The notes under the pieces are model-generated. The model had not been told where the DNA came from, searched no databases, and worked only from the letters and a program-made list of their open reading frames with translations. The translations under genes and the position numbers were made by a program. From Acidimicrobiales bacterium (lineage in GTDB: Bacteria; Actinomycetota; Acidimicrobiia; Acidimicrobiales; JAHWKP01), in assembly GCA_035526705.1 (NCBI GenBank), contig DATLBX010000017.1, positions 34,507 through 98,506 of the forward strand: a DNA stretch of 64,000 nucleotides. Reading direction: 5' to 3'. Position 1 is the first letter of the stretch; the number at the start of each line of letters is the position of its first letter. Below are positions 29,175 to 37,398 of this stretch, piece by piece.

Positions 29175-32100
29175 CACGCGGCCGCCTTCGCTGTGGCGCG
29201 ACGCTCGGCTCGGCGGGCGCGTGTCGTCTGCCAGACCCACCGGGCTGCCAGGAACCAGGCGGCGATCTGCGCGGCGCAGATACCCCACTGCCAAATCGGG
29301 GACCGATAGGACAAGGTCGCGGCGCCGCCCGCCTCGATGTCCCAGGCGTTCGCCACTCCGAAAGCCGCCTCGCGCGGCGCGCCGCCGCCCTCACCTCGCA
29401 AACGCCAGCCGGCCGACGGACTTTCGGCCAGCAGGATCCGCGTACCGACCTCCACAGCGCCGGAGAACTTGGTCGGCACCTGCTCGTTACCTTCGGGAAG
29501 GACGGACGCGGAGCCGCTCAAATCGGCGGATGCAGCACCGATCAGACCGCCCTCCACCAGAGTGCCACCCGGTAGTTCGGCCCGCGACGGGATCCACGCC
29601 GCGTTCTCGAACAGGATCACCGCATCCTCGGTCTCTATGCGGCCCAGATCGACCTGGCGGTCGAGGATGGTGACGAGTTCTGCCGACACCGGCGCACGCT
29701 TCGCCTCCGGCGCGGGGCGCCGCGCCACCGCCACATAGCGGATACCCATCGGTGCCAACATCCGGCCGAGCTGCGTCGTCGCCTGGCCCGAAGCCAGCGA
29801 AAAAGCTTCCGGAACGCGCTCTGTGGCGCCCGGCGGCGGACCCGGCCACATCTCGGTCGCTTCGAGCCCGCCGTCGCGCGACAGCGAGTACGAAGTGCCC
29901 GGGAAGCCGGACATCTTCCACGGGTGTCCCGGCACGGCGGCGGCGTCGCCCAGCCACAGGATGCGGAAGTCGCCCTGTTCGAGCCGCGCCCCTTCGGTGA
30001 CGAAGGCGAGGGAGCCACCCAGGTCGCGCTCGGGCTGGTCCCAGCGGCCACCGAAGGCCCCGCCGAAGATGGGCAACGCGCCGAGGACGATCGCCAGGGC
30101 CGCGGCAGGCGGCGCGATCTGTCGCCATCCGAAGCGGTAGGCGGGTAGGTCGAGTTCGAATGCCAGAACCCCCAGGCCGGCGGCGAAGGCCAGGGCGATC
30201 GCCGACAGAGCCAGTGCCGGCTCAGGGGAGCGCATCGGTATCGGCACCCAGCCGCGCGACACAGCCCACGCGAGGAGCCATCCCGCGATCGCCGCGCCCC
30301 ATGAGGCGGCGGCCCACTTCAGCCGCCACGAACGACCGATGACGAGCGGCAGCGCGGCGGCAGCCAGCCATGCCCAGCCGGCAGGGGGGCCGCCCCATGG
30401 TCCGGTCTGGAATCGCAGCAGCTCATCGAATGCGAAGCCGCCAACCGGCGGCGGGGGCGCAAGGAAAGTCGACAGCGACCACGGCAGGAGAAGCGCGGCG
30501 CCGAGCAGCGCGGCTCCCAGGCCGGCGCGAACCGTCCGGAAAGGCAGAAGCTCGTCCGACCCGACCAACGCCGAGCCGGCCCACAGGCCGATGGTTCCGA
30601 CGACGGCGACCGGAAGGACGGCGGGGGCAAAGGCGCCGGCGACGGCCAAGCCGATTCCGGCGCCGAGCAGCATTCGGCGGGCCGGCAACTCACCTTCCGC
30701 AACTCGCACCAGCCCGGCGAACACCCAGGGCACCACCGCCCAGGTCACCAGTCCGCTCCAGCGGCCCGCTGAGAGCGCGTTCCAAGGCACAGGAATTGCC
30801 GCGTAAGTGATGAGAACTGTGGCCCGCGCTTTGGTCGATTCCAACCGGCTCGCCAGGCGGAAGGCTCCCACCAACCCGAGGGGAAGCATTCCGAGCACGA
30901 GCAACTTCTGCAGCAGGCCCATCGCGCCGAGAAGCAGGCTCCCCGCGACGCCCAGCAGCGCGAACGCGGGAGGCGACGCCCCCTCCCCCCCGAGTCCCAC
31001 CACCCGCCAGGCGGTGCCGTAGAGGCGCAACATGGCGAAGGGGCTTTCCGGCATCGGCAGTTGTTCACCGATGGCGGCGAGCTGGCCGTTCCACAGGCTT
31101 CGCGACCCGAACGCGACGACCAACGCGATGAGGGTGGTGACCACAGCAGTTGCAGAAGGCCGGATAGCCGCCGACATCCCCCGATTGGCTGCTTCGACGA
31201 ATCGACCCTGGTCATCGCCGGTCAGGTGGTGCTCTCGGGCGAAGTTGGTGAGCCCCGCGGTACCGCGTGACTGCAGCCGCCGCGCCTCGCTGTCGGGTAT
31301 CGACCGCGTGGCGCGAACGGCCCGGCGCGCCGTCTTGAGACTGCTCCGGTTCTGCTTCGTCGCGTTCCAACGCCACGCCGCCAGTACCCCCGACGCGGCA
31401 CGAGGCCGGCCGGTGACCAGTGCGGCGATCATGCGGAAGACGCTCACCACGATGGCCTGCGGCATCACGCGTAGGCGATGCAGGGGTCCGTATGACTTGA
31501 GCGCGGCCCGCATGGCGTGACGCAGGAGGAGCACGTCGAGATCACGTGTGGACTTCACGCCCGGCGGGAGACGCAGCCCCTCCTGAGCGGCTTCGCGATG
31601 GCGAACTCGCGCCGCGGGGGCGACCAGCACGCGCGCTCCGGCGATTTGAGCGCGCCACGACAGGTCGACGTCCTCCCCACAGAAGAGCATCGCCGGGTCG
31701 AAGCCGCCGAGACTCTTGAAGAGGTCGGCCCGCACGAGGACGCATCCACTCGGCGCGCAGAACACGTCGCGCACCGCGTCGTGCTGCTCCTGGTCCAGTT
31801 CCCCCCGCTCGACGAGCGGAACCGGCATGCCCATCTTGTCGGCGCTCATGCCCACCTTCAGCAGCACTCCCGGGTCGCGCCAGTCGACGAGCTTCGGCGC
31901 GACCATTCCCGCGTTCGAACGGAAGGCCTCCTCCACGAGCAGCCGCACGACGTCGGGGTCGGGCGCGATGTCGTCGTGGCACAACAACAGGTGAGAGGCC
32001 CCTTCGACGACCTCCAGCACGTCGTTGGTCGCGGCGCCGTAACCGGGATTGCGGCCCAGCCGGCGGACGTAGGCGCTGGGCAGGACGTCCGCAATCCGCC

Positions 32101-32278
32101 GGGTCGGGTCCTCCTTGCTGCCGGCGTCCAGGATCAGGACCGAGAGGTTCGGATAGTCCTGCTCCCCCAGCGCGGTGAGGCACTCCTCGAGCCAGGGGCC
32201 GGGATCATGGGTCACCACCACGGCCACCACCGCAGGGACCGTGGCGTCGGCTGCGGGGATCGGGTCGGTGTCAGCCAT
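29174..32278 (-). CDS. Large family-2 glycosyltransferase fused to a ~750-aa polytopic membrane domain
   Basis: 1034 aa. N-terminal GT2 (VVAVVVTHDPG, LDAGS, CHDD, GEDVDLSWR), followed by many hydrophobic spans. Confidence 0.85.
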   Translation of the reverse strand: MADTDPIPAADATVPAVVAVVVTHDPGPWLEECLTALGEQDYPNLSVLILDAGSKEDPTRRIADVLPSAYVRRLGRNPGYGAATNDVLEVVEGASHLLLCHDDIAPDPDVVRLLVEEAFRSNAGMVAPKLVDWRDPGVLLKVGMSADKMGMPVPLVERGELDQEQHDAVRDVFCAPSGCVLVRADLFKSLGGFDPAMLFCGEDVDLSWRAQIAGARVLVAPAARVRHREAAQEGLRLPPGVKSTRDLDVLLLRHAMRAALKSYGPLHRLRVMPQAIVVSVFRMIAALVTGRPRAASGVLAAWRWNATKQNRSSLKTARRAVRATRSIPDSEARRLQSRGTAGLTNFAREHHLTGDDQGRFVEAANRGMSAAIRPSATAVVTTLIALVVAFGSRSLWNGQLAAIGEQLPMPESPFAMLRLYGTAWRVVGLGGEGASPPAFALLGVAGSLLLGAMGLLQKLLVLGMLPLGLVGAFRLASRLESTKARATVLITYAAIPVPWNALSAGRWSGLVTWAVVPWVFAGLVRVAEGELPARRMLLGAGIGLAVAGAFAPAVLPVAVVGTIGLWAGSALVGSDELLPFRTVRAGLGAALLGAALLLPWSLSTFLAPPPPVGGFAFDELLRFQTGPWGGPPAGWAWLAAAALPLVIGRSWRLKWAAASWGAAIAGWLLAWAVSRGWVPIPMRSPEPALALSAIALAFAAGLGVLAFELDLPAYRFGWRQIAPPAAALAIVLGALPIFGGAFGGRWDQPERDLGGSLAFVTEGARLEQGDFRILWLGDAAAVPGHPWKMSGFPGTSYSLSRDGGLEATEMWPGPPPGATERVPEAFSLASGQATTQLGRMLAPMGIRYVAVARRPAPEAKRAPVSAELVTILDRQVDLGRIETEDAVILFENAAWIPSRAELPGGTLVEGGLIGAASADLSGSASVLPEGNEQVPTKFSGAVEVGTRILLAESPSAGWRLRGEGGGAPREAAFGVANAWDIEAGGAATLSYRSPIWQWGICAAQIAAWFLAARWVWQTTRARRAERRATAKAAA

Positions 32279-32298
32279 GGAAGTCCGGGACTATGTGC

Positions 32299-32326
32299 TT
32301 GCAATAGTTAGCGAATGTGTTACTGT
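32299..32326 (+). promoter_or_regulatory. Possible sigma-70-type promoter (TTGCAA-N16-TACTGT) for the small gene at 32375
   Basis: Lies in the only clearly AT-richer intergenic stretch (32279..32374). AGGAG RBS at 32363..32367, 7 nt before the ATG. Pattern match only. Confidence 0.2.
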
Positions 32327-32374
32327 AGCTAGCACAAGCGCAGCAACCCCTCATCCTCGCAAAGGAGCACATCA

Positions 32375-32698
32375 ATGCCCACCATCCCCAGCGTTCCGAC
32401 CATCCAGGTCCCCTCGCTCGACAAGGCCCGCACCACACTCACCGACGTTGCCTACGTAGGCGTTGGCGCCGCCGTCCTGACGGCCCAGCGGGTACAGGTT
32501 GCCCGCAAGGACGTCCAGGAACTGCTCGAAGACGGCTTCGCCAAGCTCATCAACGTGCGCCCCGCCGAGGTTCGCACCGAGATCAGCGAGCGCATCGACA
32601 CCCTCGCCGAGGCCGGCCGCAAGGCGTTCCGCAAGGAGGACGCCAAGCCCGCCGCCAAGACGAGCACGAAGGCTGTTTCCTCCAAGGCCGCGGCCTAG
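32375..32698 (+). CDS. Small hypothetical protein (107 aa, helical, Ala/Lys-rich tail)
   Basis: Good AGGAG RBS and GC3-biased codons. Followed by a hairpin. Confidence 0.55.
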   Translation: MPTIPSVPTIQVPSLDKARTTLTDVAYVGVGAAVLTAQRVQVARKDVQELLEDGFAKLINVRPAEVRTEISERIDTLAEAGRKAFRKEDAKPAAKTSTKAVSSKAAA

Positions 32699-32716
32699 TT
32701 CCACCGCTTCAAGCAG

Positions 32717-32748
32717 AGAGCCCCCGGCGAAAGTCGGGGGCTCTTTCG
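32717..32748 (+). terminator. Stem-loop between convergent genes (AGAGCCCCCG-GCGAAAGT-CGGGGGCTCT then TTCG)
   Basis: 10-bp GC-rich perfect stem with an 8-nt loop, read directly. The T-tract is short, so terminator strength is uncertain. Confidence 0.45.
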
Positions 32749-32757
32749 CGTCCCGGC

Positions 32758-34218
32758 TCAGGTCCGGGCACCCTCCTCGTGATAATCCTGATCAACGTTG
32801 ACCGACCACGTGTCGTGGCCGGCGTTGTTCAGGATGTTCTCCACCGACAGCATCGCGGTGAGCATCGAATGGTCCTGGTTGTTGTATTTGTGCATCCCGT
32901 TGCGCCCGACCGGGTGCACGTTTGGAGCAACCTCCCGCAACCAGTCCCGCATGGTGGCCACGTGGGCCTTGTAGGTCGAGTCGTACATGGGATACGCCTT
33001 GGGCATCCGCACCACGTAGCCGGTTTGAACCGATCCGGGCTTCACCAGCTTCAGTCGCTCCAACTCACGAGTGCCCTGGGCGATGAGGTCGTCGTCGGAC
33101 CTGGTCCAGAGCGCGTCTCCCTCGAAGCAGAAGTACTCGAGCCCTAGACACGTCCGACCCTCCTTGACGAGGTACGGCGACCAGGAGCCAAAGTTCTGAA
33201 TACGCCCCACCTCGACTCCCGGGTCGTGGATGTAGATCCAGTTGTCCGGAAATCCGGCTTCTTCCGGCACCACGAGAGCGACGGTCAGGAAGTCCCGGTA
33301 CGAAAGGCCCTTCGCTGCGGTCAGTACGTCTTCAGGCGGGCGGGGATCCATGCACTCGACGAGCTGCGAAAGCGGCATGGACGACACGACCTCTGTCGCC
33401 TCGTAGCGCGTCGGGGTGCCGTCCTTGCCGATGGAACTGACACCGACGGCTCGCCCGCTCTCGTGATGGATTGCGCTCACACGCGACTCCATTACGACCT
33501 TCGTGCCCTTGGCTTCCACGAGCTCGCGTGCCCGCTCCCACATCATCCCCGGGCCGTACTTCGGGTAATTGAACTCCTCGATCAGGCTGGTCACGTCCTT
33601 CTTGTTGCGGCCCTTGGGCAGCAACGAGTCGACGACGGCGCGCACCAACGACAGGTTCTTGATGCGCTGCGCCGCCCAGTCGGCTTCGATCTCGTCAGCG
33701 GGGACGCCCCACACCTTCTCCGTGTAGGTCTTGAAGAAGATGCCGTAGAGCCGCCGACCGAACCGAGCCGACACCCAGCCCTCGAACTTGGTCTGGTCCT
33801 TCGGCGGGCGGATGCGCGCCCAGACATATGAGGCGACGCAACGGATGGCTTCGATGATGCCGAGGCCCTTGAGCGCGTTCATGGCCCGCAACGGGTAGTC
33901 GAACAACTTGCCGCGGTAGTAGATCCGCGACAGGCGGGGGCGGAGCAGGAATTCCTCTCGGCCGAGGATCTCGAACCAGAGCCGCTCCACGGAATCCACC
34001 TTCGTGAAGAAACGGTGGCCCCCAATGTCGAAACGCCAGCCGTCGCGCTCTGCGGTACGGCTGATACCGCCGACGACATTGTCGGACTCCAGGACGGTCG
34101 TGCCGGCGGCATGACCCGCTTTCGCGAGCTGGTAGGCCGCCGTCAAACCCGCGGGCCCGGCCCCGATTACGACGACCTGGTGGGCCGTATCAGAGGGGGT
34201 CGAACCGGTGGATGACAC
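32758..34218 (-). CDS. FAD-dependent oxidoreductase (amine oxidase / UDP-galactopyranose-mutase-like Rossmann family)
   Basis: VVVIGAGPAGLTAAYQLAKAG ... VLESDNVVGGISRT ... GGHRFF. Start set at GTG 34218, 13 aa before the Rossmann strand. The ORF also allows ATG 34275. Confidence 0.8.
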   Translation of the reverse strand: MSSTGSTPSDTAHQVVVIGAGPAGLTAAYQLAKAGHAAGTTVLESDNVVGGISRTAERDGWRFDIGGHRFFTKVDSVERLWFEILGREEFLLRPRLSRIYYRGKLFDYPLRAMNALKGLGIIEAIRCVASYVWARIRPPKDQTKFEGWVSARFGRRLYGIFFKTYTEKVWGVPADEIEADWAAQRIKNLSLVRAVVDSLLPKGRNKKDVTSLIEEFNYPKYGPGMMWERARELVEAKGTKVVMESRVSAIHHESGRAVGVSSIGKDGTPTRYEATEVVSSMPLSQLVECMDPRPPEDVLTAAKGLSYRDFLTVALVVPEEAGFPDNWIYIHDPGVEVGRIQNFGSWSPYLVKEGRTCLGLEYFCFEGDALWTRSDDDLIAQGTRELERLKLVKPGSVQTGYVVRMPKAYPMYDSTYKAHVATMRDWLREVAPNVHPVGRNGMHKYNNQDHSMLTAMLSVENILNNAGHDTWSVNVDQDYHEEGART

Positions 34219-35776
34219 GAGAGGCAAGGCTAATGGGGTGAACTTCCCGCGCCGGCCTGGGCCGACAGCCCTCATCGCGCTGGGCTATGGGCTTCTGTTG
34301 TTGTCCTGGGCTGTGTCCAATTCGCCCGGATCGTCGCCCGACGAACCCGCGCATCTCACCAAGGCACTAGGGGTCGCGAGCGGGCAATTCGTCGGTCGAG
34401 ACGCCGACTATCCCGTGACTCCGGAGTTCGGGCCGGCCCAGCTCCTGTGGATCAATTCCGTGACGCGTTCGTTCGAGGTGCCTCGGGCAGCGACGTTCGG
34501 CACCATCGCCACCTGCAACGCGTTCCGGCCCGAGCAGCCTTCGACGTGCATCACCTCCCGCTTGAGGCAGAGGGCTTCGGGCCGCGACTCGATGGAGAGG
34601 ACCCATACCGGCTCGTACCAACCCGCGCCCTACCTGCCCATCGGATTGGCGGCGCGGCTGGGCGGCGCCGCGCCTGGCGCGGTGATCGCGGGTCGGCTGG
34701 TGGTCGCAGCCGTGTCCTTGTCATTGATTGCGCTCGCGGCGGCCAGTCTGTGGTCCGCCGCGTGGCGACGATGGTCGGCGCTCGGATTGACCGTGGCGCT
34801 CAGCCCGATGGTGATCTTTTTGAGCGCTTCCCTATCGCCGAGCGGGATGGAGATCGCCGGCGGCGTCGCGGCGAGCGCGGGAGCGATCGCAATATCGCGA
34901 AGCACCGAGCGAAGACGGATCGCCTGGGTGGCTTTGGGCGCGGGCGGCACCGTCATGGCGCTGTCGCGCTCGACAGGGCCGGTTTGGGCAGCGGCGATGC
35001 TGCTCTTGGTGGTGGCCCTGAGTGGCGTGCGGGGCGCGGTGATCCGATTGCGGGCGGGCGGCGGGCTTGCCCTCGGGGCGCTGGTAGCCATGGCTCTCGG
35101 GTCTGCGGCAACCTTTGCGTGGGACCTGTCGTTCATGCCGGCTCCCCCACGGTCGCCGCAGCCGGGCCGGCTGTTCGAGGCGGTCGCGCACCTGCCGGAG
35201 TTGCTCCGTCAATCGATCGGCGTGTTCGGCTGGCTCGACACGGCCATGCCTGCCCTGGCGTACACCGCGTGGCGGATGATGCTCATTGCCGTGATTGGCC
35301 TCGCGTTGCTCGTCGGGAACCTCCGGGAGCGTCTGGTGTTGCTCGCCGCCACCGCAGCGGTGCTTGCCGCGACGATCGGGCTGACGCTGGCCGCGGTCTA
35401 CCCCACCGGGTTCGACACCCAGGCCCGCTACACGTTGCCGATCGGCGTGGCGGTGCCGCTGCTGGCAGGCGAGATCGTGGCACGGCGCCGCCATCGCGTG
35501 TCAGGGCTGCTGCCAGAGCGCCTGCCACTTGCGTTTGCGGCGACAGCTGCCGCGGTGCACCTCATCGGCTGGTACGCCAACGGGCGCCGCCACGGAGTGG
35601 GTATCGATGGTCCGCTCTGGTTCATAGGCCGAGGTGAGTGGAGCCCCCCCATCGGCTGGGCCTTCTGGGCGGCAGTAGCTAGCGCGGGCGTTGCGTTGGT
35701 CGCCGGATCTTCGATCGCCTACGGCGGAACCCGGCGCGGTCGCCACACGACGGAGCACGACTACCCGGGTGGGTAG
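34208..35776 (+). CDS. DUF2142-like polytopic membrane protein (putative glycan-modifying/glycosyl transferase)
   Basis: 522 aa with many TM spans and an SPDEPAH motif after the first TM. Alternative start GTG 34238. Confidence 0.7.
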   Translation: MDDTRGKANGVNFPRRPGPTALIALGYGLLLLSWAVSNSPGSSPDEPAHLTKALGVASGQFVGRDADYPVTPEFGPAQLLWINSVTRSFEVPRAATFGTIATCNAFRPEQPSTCITSRLRQRASGRDSMERTHTGSYQPAPYLPIGLAARLGGAAPGAVIAGRLVVAAVSLSLIALAAASLWSAAWRRWSALGLTVALSPMVIFLSASLSPSGMEIAGGVAASAGAIAISRSTERRRIAWVALGAGGTVMALSRSTGPVWAAAMLLLVVALSGVRGAVIRLRAGGGLALGALVAMALGSAATFAWDLSFMPAPPRSPQPGRLFEAVAHLPELLRQSIGVFGWLDTAMPALAYTAWRMMLIAVIGLALLVGNLRERLVLLAATAAVLAATIGLTLAAVYPTGFDTQARYTLPIGVAVPLLAGEIVARRRHRVSGLLPERLPLAFAATAAAVHLIGWYANGRRHGVGIDGPLWFIGRGEWSPPIGWAFWAAVASAGVALVAGSSIAYGGTRRGRHTTEHDYPGG

Positions 35777-37377
35777 ACCGTGAGGTTGGCGGATTCGGCG
35801 CTGCCCGTGGCGCTGGCGGTGAGCACATTGCGCCACCGGGGGCGGACGTTGTTGAGGTGTGCATTCAGAAGACCGCATTTGCCACTGACCGCCCGGTAGC
35901 TCGACGACCAGACCAGCCACACCGTGAAACCGGCGGCGCGCTGGTGGACGCGCTGCGCGAGCCGTTCCGGATCGCTCTCCTTCATGCGTTCCGCGTAGTC
36001 CACCCAGTCGATGAGCGTGGGGCGCTGGAGGTCGGGGTAGGTCACCTGGCGGAGTCGGTCTCCGTGACCGAGGCCCTCGAGCCGCCTCGCCACCGCGGGA
36101 CCCAACTGGTCCGGGCAGTACACGACGAGGTCGTTGGCCCGGGCGCGCGTCGCCAGGACCGCGGCGATCTCGCCGGCTTGCGTGCGCTCCTGGTCCGCTC
36201 CCGCCGTCCCGACGAGCAAGCCGAGACCGGCCACCACCGCCACGACTCCGCGTCGCAGCTTCACCGCGCCGATGTTGGACGCGCCGAGCGCGACAAGTAG
36301 GAGAAAGGGCACGAGGACTACAGCGGCGTACCGGGGTTGGAACGCGCCCCGCGTGATGATCCCTACGATCGTGGCGAGCAGCAACGTGGCGAGCACCAGG
36401 AGCCCGATGTTGCGCCCTGGCGTCGAGCCCCTTAGGTCCAGCAGGAGAAGCTTCTCGTCGACCCGCGGGTCGAGTCGACGCCCGAAGGCGCCGATGAGGG
36501 CGAGCAGCACGAGGGCCAGTCCGAGCAGAGACGACGCGTCGGTTCCCGTACCTCCGAAGGAGAGAACGGCGATCACGGGGGTCGACGCGCCCAACACCCC
36601 GGCCCACGGCGTTCCCGTGTGTTGGACCTGGTAGAGGAAGCTCGGCAGCCAGGGGACGATCGCCAAGAGCCCGGTGCCGATCCCGACCATCGCCCAGCTC
36701 GACGGGAACTTCACCGATCCGGATTCGTAGGGCTTGGCCCGTTCGGCGCGCAGCGCTAGAACGACGAGCAACGCGGCAACCAGGTACAGCGCCCAGTAAT
36801 GAGTGAGCACCAGCGCGCCGGTGACCACCATCAAACCGAACATTCGTGGTGTGGTCGGCTTGTCCAAGAACCCGTTCAACAGCACGACGCCGATCGCGCT
36901 CAGCAGCACAACCAACGAGTACATGCGCGCCTCGGTCGCGTACCTCAGGGCGAACGGCGACGAGGCCATCAGCACTACCGCGAGCCATGCACCTTCCCGT
37001 CCCGCGAGGCGCCGGCCGGTGAGCCAGAGGAACGGGAGTGCCGCGACAGCGAACACACCCGACATGGCGCGCACCGCGAAGTCGGATGACCCGAATATCT
37101 CCATCCAACCCTTGAGCACCACGTAATAAAGGGGCGGGGCGCCGTCCTGGCGGAGCGCGCCGGCCATGTCGCCGAAAGGAACCTTCGCGATGTTCACCGA
37201 CAAGGTCTCGTCCAGCCACAACGGAGAAGTGGCAACGAAACGCAGCACCAGGCCGCCGACGAGCACCAAAGCCACGCCGAGATCGATCCACGCGGGCTCC
37301 GCGGCCACCGCGACCTTTGTCTTAGGGGCAGCGTCGACGCCAGGGGTCCACCCCCGGCGCGCTACGTCAGTGGCCAC
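35761..37377 (-). CDS. GT-C fold glycosyltransferase (ArnT/PMT family 39-like)
   Basis: 538 aa, polytopic. DE..S and PPLYY motifs in the first loops. Soluble C-terminal domain. Confidence 0.75.
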   Translation of the reverse strand: MATDVARRGWTPGVDAAPKTKVAVAAEPAWIDLGVALVLVGGLVLRFVATSPLWLDETLSVNIAKVPFGDMAGALRQDGAPPLYYVVLKGWMEIFGSSDFAVRAMSGVFAVAALPFLWLTGRRLAGREGAWLAVVLMASSPFALRYATEARMYSLVVLLSAIGVVLLNGFLDKPTTPRMFGLMVVTGALVLTHYWALYLVAALLVVLALRAERAKPYESGSVKFPSSWAMVGIGTGLLAIVPWLPSFLYQVQHTGTPWAGVLGASTPVIAVLSFGGTGTDASSLLGLALVLLALIGAFGRRLDPRVDEKLLLLDLRGSTPGRNIGLLVLATLLLATIVGIITRGAFQPRYAAVVLVPFLLLVALGASNIGAVKLRRGVVAVVAGLGLLVGTAGADQERTQAGEIAAVLATRARANDLVVYCPDQLGPAVARRLEGLGHGDRLRQVTYPDLQRPTLIDWVDYAERMKESDPERLAQRVHQRAAGFTVWLVWSSSYRAVSGKCGLLNAHLNNVRPRWRNVLTASATGSAESANLTVYPPG

Positions 37378-37398
37378 CCCCGCCCCTGGAGCCGCTAC

